Made by a program: the position numbers and the translations under genes
Assembly (NCBI GenBank): GCA_963765145.1
Contig: CAVXVG010000027.1
Location: 96,001-160,000 of the forward strand
Direction: 5' to 3'
DNA length: 64,000 bases
Source of the DNA: Parachlamydiales bacterium
Lineage (GTDB): Bacteria; Chlamydiota; Chlamydiia; Chlamydiales; JAJFMK01
Shown here: positions 40,168 to 50,672 of the stretch, piece by piece
Layout: each line of letters opens with the position of its first letter
Numbering within the stretch: the stretch's first letter is position 1
Notes under the pieces: generated by a model
Told to the model about the DNA's origin: nothing
The model's input: only the letters and a program-made list of their open reading frames with translations
Databases searched by the model: none

Positions 40168-41372
40168 TAACTGATAAGGGCTTTTTCTTTTTCTGGAGAG
40201 CGGCGGGAAAGGAGAGAGCCCGACAAACAAAGAAGCCCTCCAACAAAAAAGACTAAGGTTTTAGAGCCGGTAAGATATAAAAGCTCGCCAATAAAGGGAG
40301 CAATAGAACCTCGAATACCAACACAAGCCACATTTACGCTGCTAAAAAGGGTGCTTTCACCCTCTTTTGCAAAAAGAGGCCCAGATAAGTTCCAGCTCAT
40401 CTCGCTTCCGGCTTGCATGACTCCATATAATGCATAGGCAAGAAAAAGGCCTGATGGAATCCAAGGGGACAAAATCAAAAGGAAAGCGAATCCGGCTGCA
40501 AGAGAGGTCACAAGCGTATTGAAACTGTAGATGGGCAGTTTGGTGTAAAGCTTTGCCCAATAGCTAGAAGAAAGGGCAAAAAACAGCCCTTTTGCAACCG
40601 ATGTGGCAAGTGAAACTTCTGTGTAGGACAATGACAAAGTCTCTTTAAAGAAAAAGGGCAGGACGGGGTGCATCATGATGAGGCCACCACCTCCCAAGAA
40701 AAAAACCCATTGGAAATGTCGGAAGTCTTTCCGCTCTTTTAAAAGAGCAATCCCTTGCTTCCAAGGCAATAGCCATGAGGGACGGGGTGGCGCGGTTTTT
40801 GCCCCTTCAGGAATGGGAAGGCCTCGGATCAAGATCAAATTAAATGCTTGGACAAGCGCTAGGAGAAAAAAGATCCACTTCCAAGAAGAGGGGTCGTAAT
40901 CAAGCCAAGGTGAAATCAAGATGGGTATGAGGATGTGGATGATTGAATGGAGGGAGGATCCTCGAGAAAAAGCCTTTCCCCTCTCTTCATGTTTTAGATT
41001 TAGCTTAAATATTTCGCCCCAGGCCAAGATGAGGGCTCTTGAAGAGATCCAAAAACAACCATTAGCGGCGATAAAAAACCAGAGATTGTCAACGAAAGGG
41101 AAAAAGAGGCAGGGGAGCAACCCCCCCAAAGTGACACCAATCAGGTAAGACTTTAGGCGGGCTCTTCTTCCTAATATTAAGATGCTTCCATAAAAAGCGC
41201 CTAATGCCGAAAGAGGCTTCATGGCGACAAGAACAGTAACCTGTAGAGGAGAGGCGCCAAGTTCTTTACAAAAGAGAAAGGCTAAAAGGAGCCACAAAGC
41301 TTCAAGAGGGGCGCTCAATCCCTTGGCCAAAGCAAAAATTCTTGCTGTTTTCTGGCTATTTGACTCTGTCAT
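40167..41372 (-). CDS. MFS transporter
   Basis: About 12 TM segments; ERGKAFS loop motif. Confidence 0.85.
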   Translation of the reverse strand: MTESNSQKTARIFALAKGLSAPLEALWLLLAFLFCKELGASPLQVTVLVAMKPLSALGAFYGSILILGRRARLKSYLIGVTLGGLLPCLFFPFVDNLWFFIAANGCFWISSRALILAWGEIFKLNLKHEERGKAFSRGSSLHSIIHILIPILISPWLDYDPSSWKWIFFLLALVQAFNLILIRGLPIPEGAKTAPPRPSWLLPWKQGIALLKERKDFRHFQWVFFLGGGGLIMMHPVLPFFFKETLSLSYTEVSLATSVAKGLFFALSSSYWAKLYTKLPIYSFNTLVTSLAAGFAFLLILSPWIPSGLFLAYALYGVMQAGSEMSWNLSGPLFAKEGESTLFSSVNVACVGIRGSIAPFIGELLYLTGSKTLVFFVGGLLCLSGSLLSRRSPEKEKALIS

Positions 41373-41391
41373 TGCAGAGATTATAGCCGAT

Positions 41392-42989
41392 TTAAACGAT
41401 TTTATTAAGCACGTTGATTAGGTCTTTTACAAAAATAGGTTTAAATAAAACGGCTGAAAACCCATGTTCTTCCAGATCATCTATCTGGTCAAGTTTGGTA
41501 ATGCCTGAAAAAAGGACCATCTTTAAATGGGAGAACTGAGGGTTTTGTAGAATCCATTTGCCCAACTGTTTGCCGTTCATTTCCGGCATGGCAAAATCGA
41601 TAAGGGCTATGGAAAAAGGGTCATTTGCAGCTATTGCACTCTGAAGCAATTCACAGGCTTCTTGACCTGATGCGGCTGTCTGAACATTAGGGCATTCCAA
41701 ATGATGTAAATAGCTTAAAAGAATGTCGCGGTTTTGATGATAGTCATCTACAACTAATATTTTTTTTGATTTCACCTGCTCATTTAGAGTGGGTATTTCA
41801 GGCTGAGAAGGGGCGATTTGGCAAGGGATATCGAACCAAAAAGTTGAGCCAACTGCCTGTTCTGACTCTACATGGATGGTACCTCCCATCAAACTCACCA
41901 ATTCTTTGGAAATAGCAAGCCCAAGTCCCGAGCCACCAAACCTTCGGCTAATGATAGGGTCTAACTGAGAATATTTTTTAAATAGTTGATCCAATTTGTC
42001 TTTCGGGATGCCGATGCCGGTATCCTTGATCGCAATAATGAGTCGATCTTTTTTTTCTCAAGCGTTAAAAGAACCTCTCCCCCTCCGGAAAATTTGATCG
42101 CATTCAACATCAAGTTAAGTAGAACCTGTTTTAAATGGACAATGTCTGCAAAAACCACTTTGGGAATATCTACAGAACACTGAACGATGATTTCAACCTT
42201 ATTTTTTTGAGCTTCGATCTCTAAAATTGCGGCCATTTCCGAAACCAATTCTTCGATATTAGCGGGTGTTAAGTTAAGGGTGACTTGTCCTTGTTCAATT
42301 TTTGAAAGATCTAGCACATCACTCATCAAGGTAAATAGGAGCCCTGCTGAGGAGCAGATCGTTTTCACATAACGGTGTTGGTCGGGTGTTAATTTGGTTG
42401 TCAATAAAAGTTCTGACATCCCAATGAGGCCACTCAATGGGGCTCTAATTTCATGGCTGATCCGAGAGAGGAAGTCGCTTTTGGCTAAATTGGCCGCTTC
42501 CGCGTTCTCTTTGGCTAACTTTAGCTCCTCTTCAGCCTTTCTTTGAGCGGTGAAATCTTTGCCGAGCATGATGGTGCCAATGATGTTGCCATTATCGTCT
42601 TTGTATGGAACTTTTACGCCGGCAACCCACCTGGTGCCAAGGGCTTGATCTTCATATGGAAAATAGAACTCTAAGGGATGTCCTGACTGGATCACAGTTT
42701 CATCGATTTTAGGGACGATGTCTTTCAAGCTTGGAATAAAATCCTCACTTCTTTTCCCTACCGGATTTTGAGTGAGATGTTTATACAGATCAATGAATGT
42801 TTTGTTGGCTTTGATAATTCTGCCGCTAAGGTCTTTATACAAGATCATAGCCGGGATATTGTCAAAAACAGCTTCAAACTCTTCTTGTTGCTGGTGAAGA
42901 TGTTTTTTTTCTTTAAAGAGTTTGTAAAACGCGAAAAGAACGAGGATGAGAATGCAGGTGACGGCTATCAACAATCCTTTTATTAGCAT
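41392..42989 (-). CDS. Hybrid sensor histidine kinase (TM-PAS-HisKA-HATPase-REC; frameshift in A-run near 42050)
   Basis: SHEIRAPL, NLMLNAIKF, DTGIGI, GGSGLGLAIS and REC domain (VVDD, IDFAMP, KP). Confidence 0.9.
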
Positions 42990-43768
42990 TTTTTTAACTC
43001 ATCTATGAGCTCCTGGTGGACTAGGCCATTCGATGCTAAAATTCTGCCTGTAGCCATCTCTACAGGTCCTCCTTCATAGGAAGAAATTTTTCCTCCGGCT
43101 TCAGTTACTAGCAACATCCCTGCTGCAATGTCCCAAGGTTTTAACCCTCGCTCCCAGTAACCTTCTAAGCGACCGGCGGCGACATAGGCTAGATCTATAG
43201 AGGCACATCCAGCCCTTCGTACCCCTTGAGAAACCTGGGTTAAGTGGCAAAATTGCCGGTAATTGTTGTCTTCTGTGCCTCGCCTATCATAAGCAAAACC
43301 GGTGGCAAGTAAAGATTTGGGCAGAGCGTTGATGGTGGAAACATGACATTTTTTCTCTTGAAAATAGGCTCCACCTCCCTTCATGGCTGAAAAAAGTTCT
43401 TCAAGGATCGGATTATAGACCACACCTACGATAGGCTGGCCCAAATAAAGAAGCCCAATTGACACTGCGACGAAAGGAAAATGGTGAGAAAAGTTGGTCG
43501 TCCCGTCGACTGGGTCGATGACCCAAAGGTACCCCTCATCCAAAGGGACGTTTCCAGCTGATTCCTCTCCAAGCAAATGGTGTGTTGGAAATTTGGCGCC
43601 GATTTTTTTAAACAGGGCCGATTCGACTGCAAAGTCAATTTCTGTGACTAGGTCTCCTCCCTCTCCTTTTTCAAAAATTTGGAAAGAGGTGTTCCACCCT
43701 TGGCGGATGATGTGACCTGCTTCTCGAGCAGCCTCGAGTGCAAATTCAAGAAAGGGCTTATAGGTCAA
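42983..43768 (-). CDS. suhB: Inositol monophosphatase family protein
   Basis: DLVTEID, GEE, WVIDPVDGTTNF and WDIAAG motifs. Confidence 0.92.
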   Translation of the reverse strand: MTYKPFLEFALEAAREAGHIIRQGWNTSFQIFEKGEGGDLVTEIDFAVESALFKKIGAKFPTHHLLGEESAGNVPLDEGYLWVIDPVDGTTNFSHHFPFVAVSIGLLYLGQPIVGVVYNPILEELFSAMKGGGAYFQEKKCHVSTINALPKSLLATGFAYDRRGTEDNNYRQFCHLTQVSQGVRRAGCASIDLAYVAAGRLEGYWERGLKPWDIAAGMLLVTEAGGKISSYEGGPVEMATGRILASNGLVHQELIDELKKC

Positions 43769-43818
43769 AGTAGACTCTTATTTTTAGGCGGAGGCTTCAT
43801 CACCCCCGCCCGATATTT

Positions 43819-44247
43819 TTAAGCGAAAAAGCCAAACCAAAGCAAGACTAAGCCGATGACTAGCCAGACAATGCTCCAAGCAACGATGCACTTGTCGCTT
43901 TGATGGCAAAAAGAGCACAACTTGCTGCTCCAGCCATTGCCAAACAGCCTGATAATCCCCTTCAAAATGGATAGGTAACCGAGTATTGTAATGAGAACAG
44001 TCCAGTTAGCGGCAAACTGAGGATGTAAAGCCACCAACAAAGTACCTAAAAGTAAACTCATTGAACCTGACAACGCCATGAATGCCGGGTTCTTTTTGAA
44101 CGTGTCGACTAGCGTTCTCACATGTCCCAAGCGAATCAAGACAAACAAGCACGTAATCGTCAGGTAGAGACCCATCCATCGGGCCAGCCAGGTGTCATCG
44201 GGAGTCGCAGCAGCAGCTCCCCAATTGAAAAAAGCCAATAAATCCAT
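43819..44247 (-). CDS. Hypothetical integral membrane protein (4 TM)
   Basis: Hydrophobic helices; ITILGYLSILKG pattern. Confidence 0.75.
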   Translation of the reverse strand: MDLLAFFNWGAAAATPDDTWLARWMGLYLTITCLFVLIRLGHVRTLVDTFKKNPAFMALSGSMSLLLGTLLVALHPQFAANWTVLITILGYLSILKGIIRLFGNGWSSKLCSFCHQSDKCIVAWSIVWLVIGLVLLWFGFFA

Positions 44248-44313
44248 AATAAAAGTCCTTTTAAACTTTTATTTACCTAGGCAGGCAATTAAAAGAAAGA
44301 CAAGGTGGAAAAG

Positions 44314-44728
44314 AAGGAGTGGGCGCTATTCCTTCAAGCACTCGAAAGGCCTCATTTGAATAAAACTGCGACATTCGTCCTACGCAGTAGAGCCAGATGT
44401 CCCAGTTTTTTCAACTGAGGCCTTTCGAGTGCTTGAGGGCGCCCAACCTTAATGATTCAACCTTCGGCTGTAAAACCAACTTCCCATCTTTAATTAGATT
44501 TTTTTAACGGGCTGCCTGCAAACGGCCACTCAGGCCATTTTCGCATGCGCTGAAAGGTGTTTAGTTCGCAACGCGTTTGGAGTGCTAAACTCCTGTTTAG
44601 CTTTGACTTATCAGTGAAAGTGAAAGCTAAACAGGAGTTTAGCACTCCAAACGCTACCGCGTAAGAGCGGATTATTAGAGGTCGAAAATGGCCTGAGTGG
44701 CCGTTTGAAGGAACAGCGCCCACTCCTT
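44314..44728. mobile_element. Composite MITE-like palindromic element (family E) with a nested family B palindrome
   Basis: Terminal inverted repeats aaggagtgggcgct(a/g)ttccttcaa; two long hairpin modules; a second copy at 54989-55335. Confidence 0.75.
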
Positions 44729-44734
44729 ATTTTT

Positions 44735-46177
44735 CTAGGCTGCTGTTCCCACATTTCTTCTAACCATATGTACCTGCCTTCGGAGGATTTCGTCCTTTTC
44801 CATTTTTTCTTTGATGGTCTTGCAGGCGTGAAGAATGGTGGAGTGAGTTTTGCCGAAATGGACGCCCAGCATGAGAAGTGACTCATTGATCATCTCCTTG
44901 GCCAGATACATGGCGACCTGGCGAGGGAGGGCTACCTCTTTAGTGCGAAGATTACCGCGGAGAGCCATGACAGGAACTTGAAAAACAGCAGCAACACTTT
45001 TTAGGATCTGTTCGATGGTGATTTTATCTTTTGGTGCCTTTTGCAGCATCTCTCGTAGCGTTTCCTCTACAAGCTCTTCAGTGATGTGCATGTCAAGCAG
45101 ACGGCAATGGGCCGATAGCCTATTGATAGCGCCTTCCAGTTGTCTAACATTGTTTTGAACATTTTCAGCGATGAAGAATGCGACATTGCTTGGAATCGTC
45201 AGCCCTTTTAGTTCCGCCTTGTGCTGCAAGATGGCCACACGTGTCTCTAAGTCAGGCATTCCCATGTGGGCAACCAATCCCCATTCCATTCTTGCAACCA
45301 TCCTTTCGGAAAGCTTTAACTGGGAGGGAGGCTTATCGCTTGTGATGACAATTTGCTTATTATGGTTGATCAGTGTTTCGAAGGTGTTGCAGAACTCCTC
45401 TTCAAAGTTCAGCCGGTTTTGCAGGAATTGGATATCGTCCACAAGGAGAACGTCGACATCAGAACGGTAAAACCTCTTCATTTTCTCGATCGATTTATTT
45501 CGTAAAGCATCGACCAAATCGTTAATAAAGGCCTCTGTGGTGATGCACTGTACCTTTAATTTCTTGTGGTTTTCGTGTAGAAAGTGCCCAATGCTATGCA
45601 AAATATGGGTTTTACCAAGCCCTACCCCTCCGTGGATAAAAAGGGGATTGTAAGAGTGTCCAGGTCGGGAGGCCACTCCCATTGCGGCAGATTTGACGAA
45701 TTGGTTAGAAGAACCTTCGATAAATGTGCTGAATCTGTAATTGGGATTTAGTCGAATTGTTCTCTGATCATCTGTCGGAGCTATGATCGCCTCTTTGGCT
45801 TCCACGATCAGAGGCTGATGCTTTCTTTGCTTTGGCTCTTGCACGACAAAAGGAAGGTCTAAGTCTCCTTTTTCAGTGACCGGGAAAAAAGATTTTAAAT
45901 CCTTTCCAAAGTTGGAAAGAAGATATTCTTTTACGAAAATATTAGGGATTTCCAGCGCAAATACGCCTTCTTTTTCCACAATTTTAACGGGGGAAAACCA
46001 ATTTTCATACGTGGTAGATGAGCATCGTTCTTTGGCATAACTAAGGAACTGGTCCCAAGCAAACAAAAAATCGAAATTAGGAGAGTCAAGTTCTTTGACA
46101 TCGCTAGAGTCGGATGAGAGAAGACCTTCTTCGTGTTCCATATCTAAAACACCCGCTTTTCTATAGACTTCGCTCAT
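44735..46177 (-). CDS. dnaA: Chromosomal replication initiator DnaA
   Basis: [37 protein letters not shown] and HSTILHA motifs. Confidence 0.97.
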   Translation of the reverse strand: MSEVYRKAGVLDMEHEEGLLSSDSSDVKELDSPNFDFLFAWDQFLSYAKERCSSTTYENWFSPVKIVEKEGVFALEIPNIFVKEYLLSNFGKDLKSFFPVTEKGDLDLPFVVQEPKQRKHQPLIVEAKEAIIAPTDDQRTIRLNPNYRFSTFIEGSSNQFVKSAAMGVASRPGHSYNPLFIHGGVGLGKTHILHSIGHFLHENHKKLKVQCITTEAFINDLVDALRNKSIEKMKRFYRSDVDVLLVDDIQFLQNRLNFEEEFCNTFETLINHNKQIVITSDKPPSQLKLSERMVARMEWGLVAHMGMPDLETRVAILQHKAELKGLTIPSNVAFFIAENVQNNVRQLEGAINRLSAHCRLLDMHITEELVEETLREMLQKAPKDKITIEQILKSVAAVFQVPVMALRGNLRTKEVALPRQVAMYLAKEMINESLLMLGVHFGKTHSTILHACKTIKEKMEKDEILRRQVHMVRRNVGTAA

Positions 46178-46261
46178 TCGATCTCCGTTCTTCGACAATT
46201 ATAAATTTAGATTTATACGCTTTAAATCCAGATCCATCGCATAGTGTGCCGGTTTTAAGCA

Positions 46262-46293
46262 AGTGGAAAAAAGTTATGAACAACCTTTCCACA
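46262..46293. promoter_or_regulatory. Three DnaA-box-like sites upstream of dnaA
   Basis: agtggaaaa (rc ttttccact), ttatgaaca and ctttccaca, each close to TT(A/T)TNCACA. Confidence 0.55.
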
Positions 46294-46473
46294 CCCAACC
46301 CAGAACCATTTTCTTGGGCCGAAAGGTTAGCAAGGGGCCAGATTGGCCGCAAGTTTAACTATATTTTTAATTGATAATTTAAAAAAAACATTTCACTGTT
46401 TTACAACCTCTTTGACCTATTTTGCTAGCCGGGTTATAATGTCCTTACCAAAATTTTCATTACATGGAATCAC

Positions 46474-46755
46474 ATGGCAGACGAGGCCCCAAAGAAAAAA
46501 GAAAGACGTCCACAAGCGGCAAAACGCCACTTGCAGAGTCTAAAACGTAACGCAATCAACCGTGCTTACAAATCAAAGATCAAAACAAGGATCAAAGCTC
46601 TTCAGGACAGTCTGACAAAGCAAGATGGACAACAAGCTCAAGAGACTTTAAAAGAAGTATATAGTCTCATGGACAAAGGTGTCAAAAAAGGGATTATCAA
46701 GAAGAACAAAGCAAGTCGCACAAAATCAAGACTCGCTACAAAAGTTACTGCGTAG
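46474..46755 (+). CDS. rpsT: 30S ribosomal protein S20
   Basis: AAKRHLQSLKRNAINRAYKSKIKT...DKGVKKGIIKKNKASRTKSRL. Confidence 0.95.
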   Translation: MADEAPKKKERRPQAAKRHLQSLKRNAINRAYKSKIKTRIKALQDSLTKQDGQQAQETLKEVYSLMDKGVKKGIIKKNKASRTKSRLATKVTA

Positions 46756-46960
46756 TTCGCGATAGCGTTTGGAGTGCTAAACTCCTGTTTAGCTTTCACT
46801 TTTTGAAAGTCAAAGCGCAATAAGAGTATGAGCACTTTAAAAAAAGTATCTCTAAATGCAACGCAGAGAGCCTAAGAGAAACCTCTGTGGTCTCTGTGTC
46901 CTCTGTGGTTATAAAAATTTAAATATATCTAACCACAGAGAACACAGAGACCACAGAGAA
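46756..46960. repeat. Family B palindrome (degenerate right arm, 46756-46836) plus family A palindrome (46859-46960)
   Basis: gcgtttggagtgctaaactcctgtttagc; ctctgtggtctctgtgtcctctgtggtta ... taaccacagagaacacagagaccacagag. Confidence 0.85.
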
Positions 46961-47039
46961 GAAAGATACTTACTTTACGTTAGAGACGAGGTCTCTTCAG
47001 AGTTTCTAGCGTTTTGCGTGATGATATTTCTTTTGTTAT

Positions 47040-48086
47040 TCAAATCAGCAGCTCAATTCCTTTCAACTCAGAATGGAGCAGCTCTGTCCTTTTGTGAAGC
47101 AACTCTTCACGGCTAGCGTCTTCCTCTAGCTTTTGGTTTAAATGACCCCGCCTAACCGAAATGAGCAAACGATTTAGTTTTCTTCTGTCAACGCCGCGGA
47201 TCCATCCGTTTTCTAGCCCAATTTTGATCCAGCCGAAAGCCTCAATAGCTTCAAGCGTCTCCATTTGATAAGAGTGAACAAGCAGCCCAAATGCTCTTGC
47301 TACCTTATCTTTGGTTCCGCTTTCGTCAGTTTCAAGAAGCCTCTTCCTTAAATAATTTTCTCTACTAATTGTCTTCTCAGCAAAGCCTTTTACTAGGCTG
47401 AAAGTTTGGTCCTCACTCATTCCAATAGAGGCTTTGTTTCTGATTAAAAGGAGCCCTCGTTCAATACCGGAACTATTAGAAAAAAGAGGTAACGACTCAA
47501 TCCGATCTTCTTCGTTAAATAATAAATGCTCCTCTTCCCGAAAGAGAGAAAGAGCCGGGGTTTGTAGAAGAATTTCAACCTCAAGTCCTGTCCCTGCATC
47601 TTTGGGGAAAGAAGTTAGAAAACCGAAATGAGGAGAAAAAGCAAAAGGGGCTCCTTCTTGCAGAAGGTCGTCCTGTTTAGATAGTGTGGTCCATCCTTCT
47701 TCTAATTCGCTTTTAGATCCTAAAAATCTCAATTGCAGGTGCTCTTGCACATTTAAAATGGCTGAATAAGGGCCAGAATTGATCAGGACGCCCGACCCTT
47801 TCTGGAAATCTTGCAGCGGATTGGCCAGAAAAAAATGTTCTTGCAGCCATTCTTTATCGAGAGGTGAACATTCTTCTCCCTTTAAGAGCAACAAGTCTTG
47901 TTTTTGGTTGATTAAAGGCTTGGTCAGGAGGGAAAGGATTTGTGTTCTTTTATCTTTGTCTAACTTAGATGGGAACAAAAATCGGTCGATATTTCTTTTG
48001 AGAATGATAAATGCTGCCAAGTCTATATGGCCATCATTTTGGTCCCAAAAGGTCTTTTCAGGAAGATCTGGGTTAAGTTTAATCAT
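47040..48086 (-). CDS. mcsB: Protein-arginine kinase McsB (ATP:guanido phosphotransferase)
   Basis: LKRNIDRFLFP, FAFSPHFGFLTS.P..GTGL and RRGHL; follows mcsA. Confidence 0.85.
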   Translation of the reverse strand: MIKLNPDLPEKTFWDQNDGHIDLAAFIILKRNIDRFLFPSKLDKDKRTQILSLLTKPLINQKQDLLLLKGEECSPLDKEWLQEHFFLANPLQDFQKGSGVLINSGPYSAILNVQEHLQLRFLGSKSELEEGWTTLSKQDDLLQEGAPFAFSPHFGFLTSFPKDAGTGLEVEILLQTPALSLFREEEHLLFNEEDRIESLPLFSNSSGIERGLLLIRNKASIGMSEDQTFSLVKGFAEKTISRENYLRKRLLETDESGTKDKVARAFGLLVHSYQMETLEAIEAFGWIKIGLENGWIRGVDRRKLNRLLISVRRGHLNQKLEEDASREELLHKRTELLHSELKGIELLI

Positions 48087-48606
48087 GGTGCTCCTCCGTT
48101 AACCGTTTGATTTGGTCGCGAAGGCGTGCAGCCTCTTCGTAATCTTCTCTTTTAAGTGTGTCCTCTAAAGCCTCGTTCAAAGCAAGAAGGCGTAAAGAGG
48201 CGTTTTCTGCAGGCACTTTTCCGGGAATTTTTCCAATGTGTAGAGGTAGACTTTTTTTCTGGTTCAATACTCTTTCCGGCAATGCCTTTTGGTGGATGAG
48301 ATCTTGGATAATAAAGTCGCTAAACACAGTATAACAAGCAGAACACCCTAAGCTGTGCCCCATTTTGATTTGTTCTAAAGAGGTGCCGCAGCTACCGCAA
48401 GCAAGTCCAGTTTCTCCTAACTTTTTGTCCAGCCCCGTCAGGTCGGAAGAACCATGCAATCGTTTTTTTAACTCAGGACAGTCGCCGCACATGACTTGCT
48501 CTGTGATCACATCTCGAATCACGAGGGTGTAAAGAACCTTGATGCCTTTACGACAGGCGGTGCACTCGAAAGGCCGCTCTTTTTCTTCTCCCCTGAAATC
48601 TGCCAT
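48079..48606 (-). CDS. mcsA: McsA (CxxC motifs plus UvrB/C coiled coil)
   Basis: Four CxxC motifs, HIGKIP and EDYEEAARLRDQI. Confidence 0.9.
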   Translation of the reverse strand: MADFRGEEKERPFECTACRKGIKVLYTLVIRDVITEQVMCGDCPELKKRLHGSSDLTGLDKKLGETGLACGSCGTSLEQIKMGHSLGCSACYTVFSDFIIQDLIHQKALPERVLNQKKSLPLHIGKIPGKVPAENASLRLLALNEALEDTLKREDYEEAARLRDQIKRLTEEHHD

Positions 48607-48750
48607 TAACCCCTCTCAGGCAGGAAGAAATAAATAATTTTAATCACAAGCCGATTATCCATGCTGTTTCCTGGAATATTCCGCATCTTACGCTGTAAAG
48701 AAATTATTGTAAAACTTGAATTGACGGTAGAGAAAGAGTACGATGTTTCT

Positions 48751-49932
48751 GTGCTTAAAAGGACGAAAAATTTTCGGAAACTTCTGTCTGCTTCGTTGTT
48801 AGTGACAGGAACTTGCGTGGGAGCAGGTATGCTTGGTCTCCCTGTGGTAACTGGCCCTAGTGGATTGCTGCCTACCATTGGCGTCAACCTTCTTGCCTAT
48901 CTTTTGATGCTATTTACCGGTTTGCTTTTTTTAGAGGTGACCCTCCTTTTTCCAGATGGGGCTAATCTAATGACGATTAGTCAGTCATTGCTAGGAAGGT
49001 GGGGGAAATGGTTGGCCGGAATAAGCTTTCTTTTTCTCTACCTTTGTTTTCTGATTGTCTATGTTTCAGGAGGTTCACCCCTTCTAGACCGTTTATTGAC
49101 CTTATTTGGCTTTAACATCAGTTCTGGCGGTCCCATTCTTTTCACCTTCATTTTTGGGTTAATTGTTTGGATCGGCCCTCGGTTTGTAGGGGCTATTAAC
49201 TCCCTTTTGATGGTGGGGCTCATTGCCTCTTTTTGGCTGTTGCTTGGGGTGACAGTTCCAGAAATTGATACGGCAAGATTTCGCCCCTATATGCTTTCAG
49301 TAGGTCTTTTCGCCCTTCCCACATTGTTATCGGCCTTTGGCTATCACAACATCATACCGACACTAACAACTTATTTGAAACGAGACCGTCAGCAATTAAG
49401 ATGGGCTTTAGTGTTGGGGGTTACCTTTTCGCTGGTCATTTATCTGCTGTGGCAAATTGTCATCATTGGTGCTTTGCCAAAAGAGTGGATTGAAAAGGCT
49501 GGGTCTCAAGGTGTTCCTATCTCTGAAGCTCTTTTCAATCTTTCCCATCACCCCTGGATTGTGGCGTTTAGTGCCTTATTCGCTTTCTTTGCATTAGTCA
49601 CCTCGTTTTTAGGTGTTTCTTTATCAGTTGTTGACTTTCTAGCAGATGCTCTTGGTGTAAACAGAAAGGGTTTTTATCGATTTTTCCTCATTTTGCTGAT
49701 GTTGATACCGCCGGTTGTTTTTTCGATGTTGTATCCTTCGATTTTTATGGAAGCTTTAGGGCTTGCAGGAGGGATTGGGGAAGCTTTGATGAATGGCTTG
49801 TTGCCTATCGCATTTGTTATAGCTGCCAAAAGGAAGGGACTTTCTCAATATACCCACCCTTTTTTGCTGACCGGCGCGACTTTTCTCATTCTTTTCATCA
49901 TGATTCTTGAACTGATCACCTTGACAAGGTAG
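48751..49932 (+). CDS. tyrP: Aromatic amino acid permease (TyrP/Mtr family)
   Basis: GTCVGAGMLGLP, SAFGYHNIIPTL and VTSFLGV; start approximate. Confidence 0.88.
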   Translation: MLKRTKNFRKLLSASLLVTGTCVGAGMLGLPVVTGPSGLLPTIGVNLLAYLLMLFTGLLFLEVTLLFPDGANLMTISQSLLGRWGKWLAGISFLFLYLCFLIVYVSGGSPLLDRLLTLFGFNISSGGPILFTFIFGLIVWIGPRFVGAINSLLMVGLIASFWLLLGVTVPEIDTARFRPYMLSVGLFALPTLLSAFGYHNIIPTLTTYLKRDRQQLRWALVLGVTFSLVIYLLWQIVIIGALPKEWIEKAGSQGVPISEALFNLSHHPWIVAFSALFAFFALVTSFLGVSLSVVDFLADALGVNRKGFYRFFLILLMLIPPVVFSMLYPSIFMEALGLAGGIGEALMNGLLPIAFVIAAKRKGLSQYTHPFLLTGATFLILFIMILELITLTR

Positions 49933-49954
49933 AATATTGGGATAACGATATCTC

Positions 49955-50028
49955 GCACCGGTAGCTCAATCGGATAGAGTACATGGCTACGAACCATGAG
50001 GTTAGAGGTTCAATTCCTCTCCGGTGCA
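49955..50028 (+). tRNA. tRNA-Arg(ACG)
   Basis: gcaccgg/ccggtgc acceptor stem, catgg-ctACGaa-ccatg anticodon arm and GGTTCAATTCC. Confidence 0.96.
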
Positions 50029-50037
50029 CATTTTCTC

Positions 50038-50661
50038 ATGTTTTTAACATTCTTTTCTGCAGGCCCTCTCGAAACCAACGGTTATGTTTTTGGTGAAAAG
50101 GAGGTGTTTTTTATCGATGCTCCGCTTGGCAGCCTCGCAGAGTATGAACGTATCGTCAGGACACATAGTTTGGTGCCCAAAGGGTTGTTGCTAACCCATT
50201 CCCATCTTGATCACACTGCCGATTGCAAAGAGATTGCTGACCATTTTTCCATCCCTGTTTATGTTCATCCACTCGATGAATCGAATGTAAGGAAGCCAGG
50301 TAGCGATCAATTGCCTCTTTTTTTACCGGCATTACCCTATATTGGCGCACTCTCGTTGAAAGGAGGAGAAAAGCTACAGCTTGGTTCCATCGCCATTGAG
50401 GTAATCCATACGCCGGGCCACACTCCAGGCGGTGTGTGCTTTTATCTTCCGGAACAAAAAATTCTTTTTTCAGGCGATACCCTTTTTCGGGGAACCATTG
50501 GTAATTTGTCTTTTCCGACCTGTGAACCAGAAAAGATGTGGCACTCTTTAAAAAAACTTGCCCTTTTGCCAAAAGAGGTTGTTGTTTACCCTGGACATGG
50601 TCCAAAAACGACCATTGGAAAAGAGCCGTTCCTTTCCAATCCAGAACCATACTTTTCATAG
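50038..50661 (+). CDS. MBL-fold hydrolase (glyoxalase II-like)
   Basis: THSHLDH, HTPGHTPG, SGDTLF and YPGHG motifs. Confidence 0.92.
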   Translation: MFLTFFSAGPLETNGYVFGEKEVFFIDAPLGSLAEYERIVRTHSLVPKGLLLTHSHLDHTADCKEIADHFSIPVYVHPLDESNVRKPGSDQLPLFLPALPYIGALSLKGGEKLQLGSIAIEVIHTPGHTPGGVCFYLPEQKILFSGDTLFRGTIGNLSFPTCEPEKMWHSLKKLALLPKEVVVYPGHGPKTTIGKEPFLSNPEPYFS

Positions 50662-50672
50662 AAGAGGAACAC

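Noticed and set aside
44490..44723. Short ORFs over repeats (also 55035-55295, 46856-47116, 57967-58173, 29610-29807, 5823-6083, 6174-6425, 37556-37786, 40055-40246)
   Set aside because: They are translations of the palindromic repeat families, not genes.
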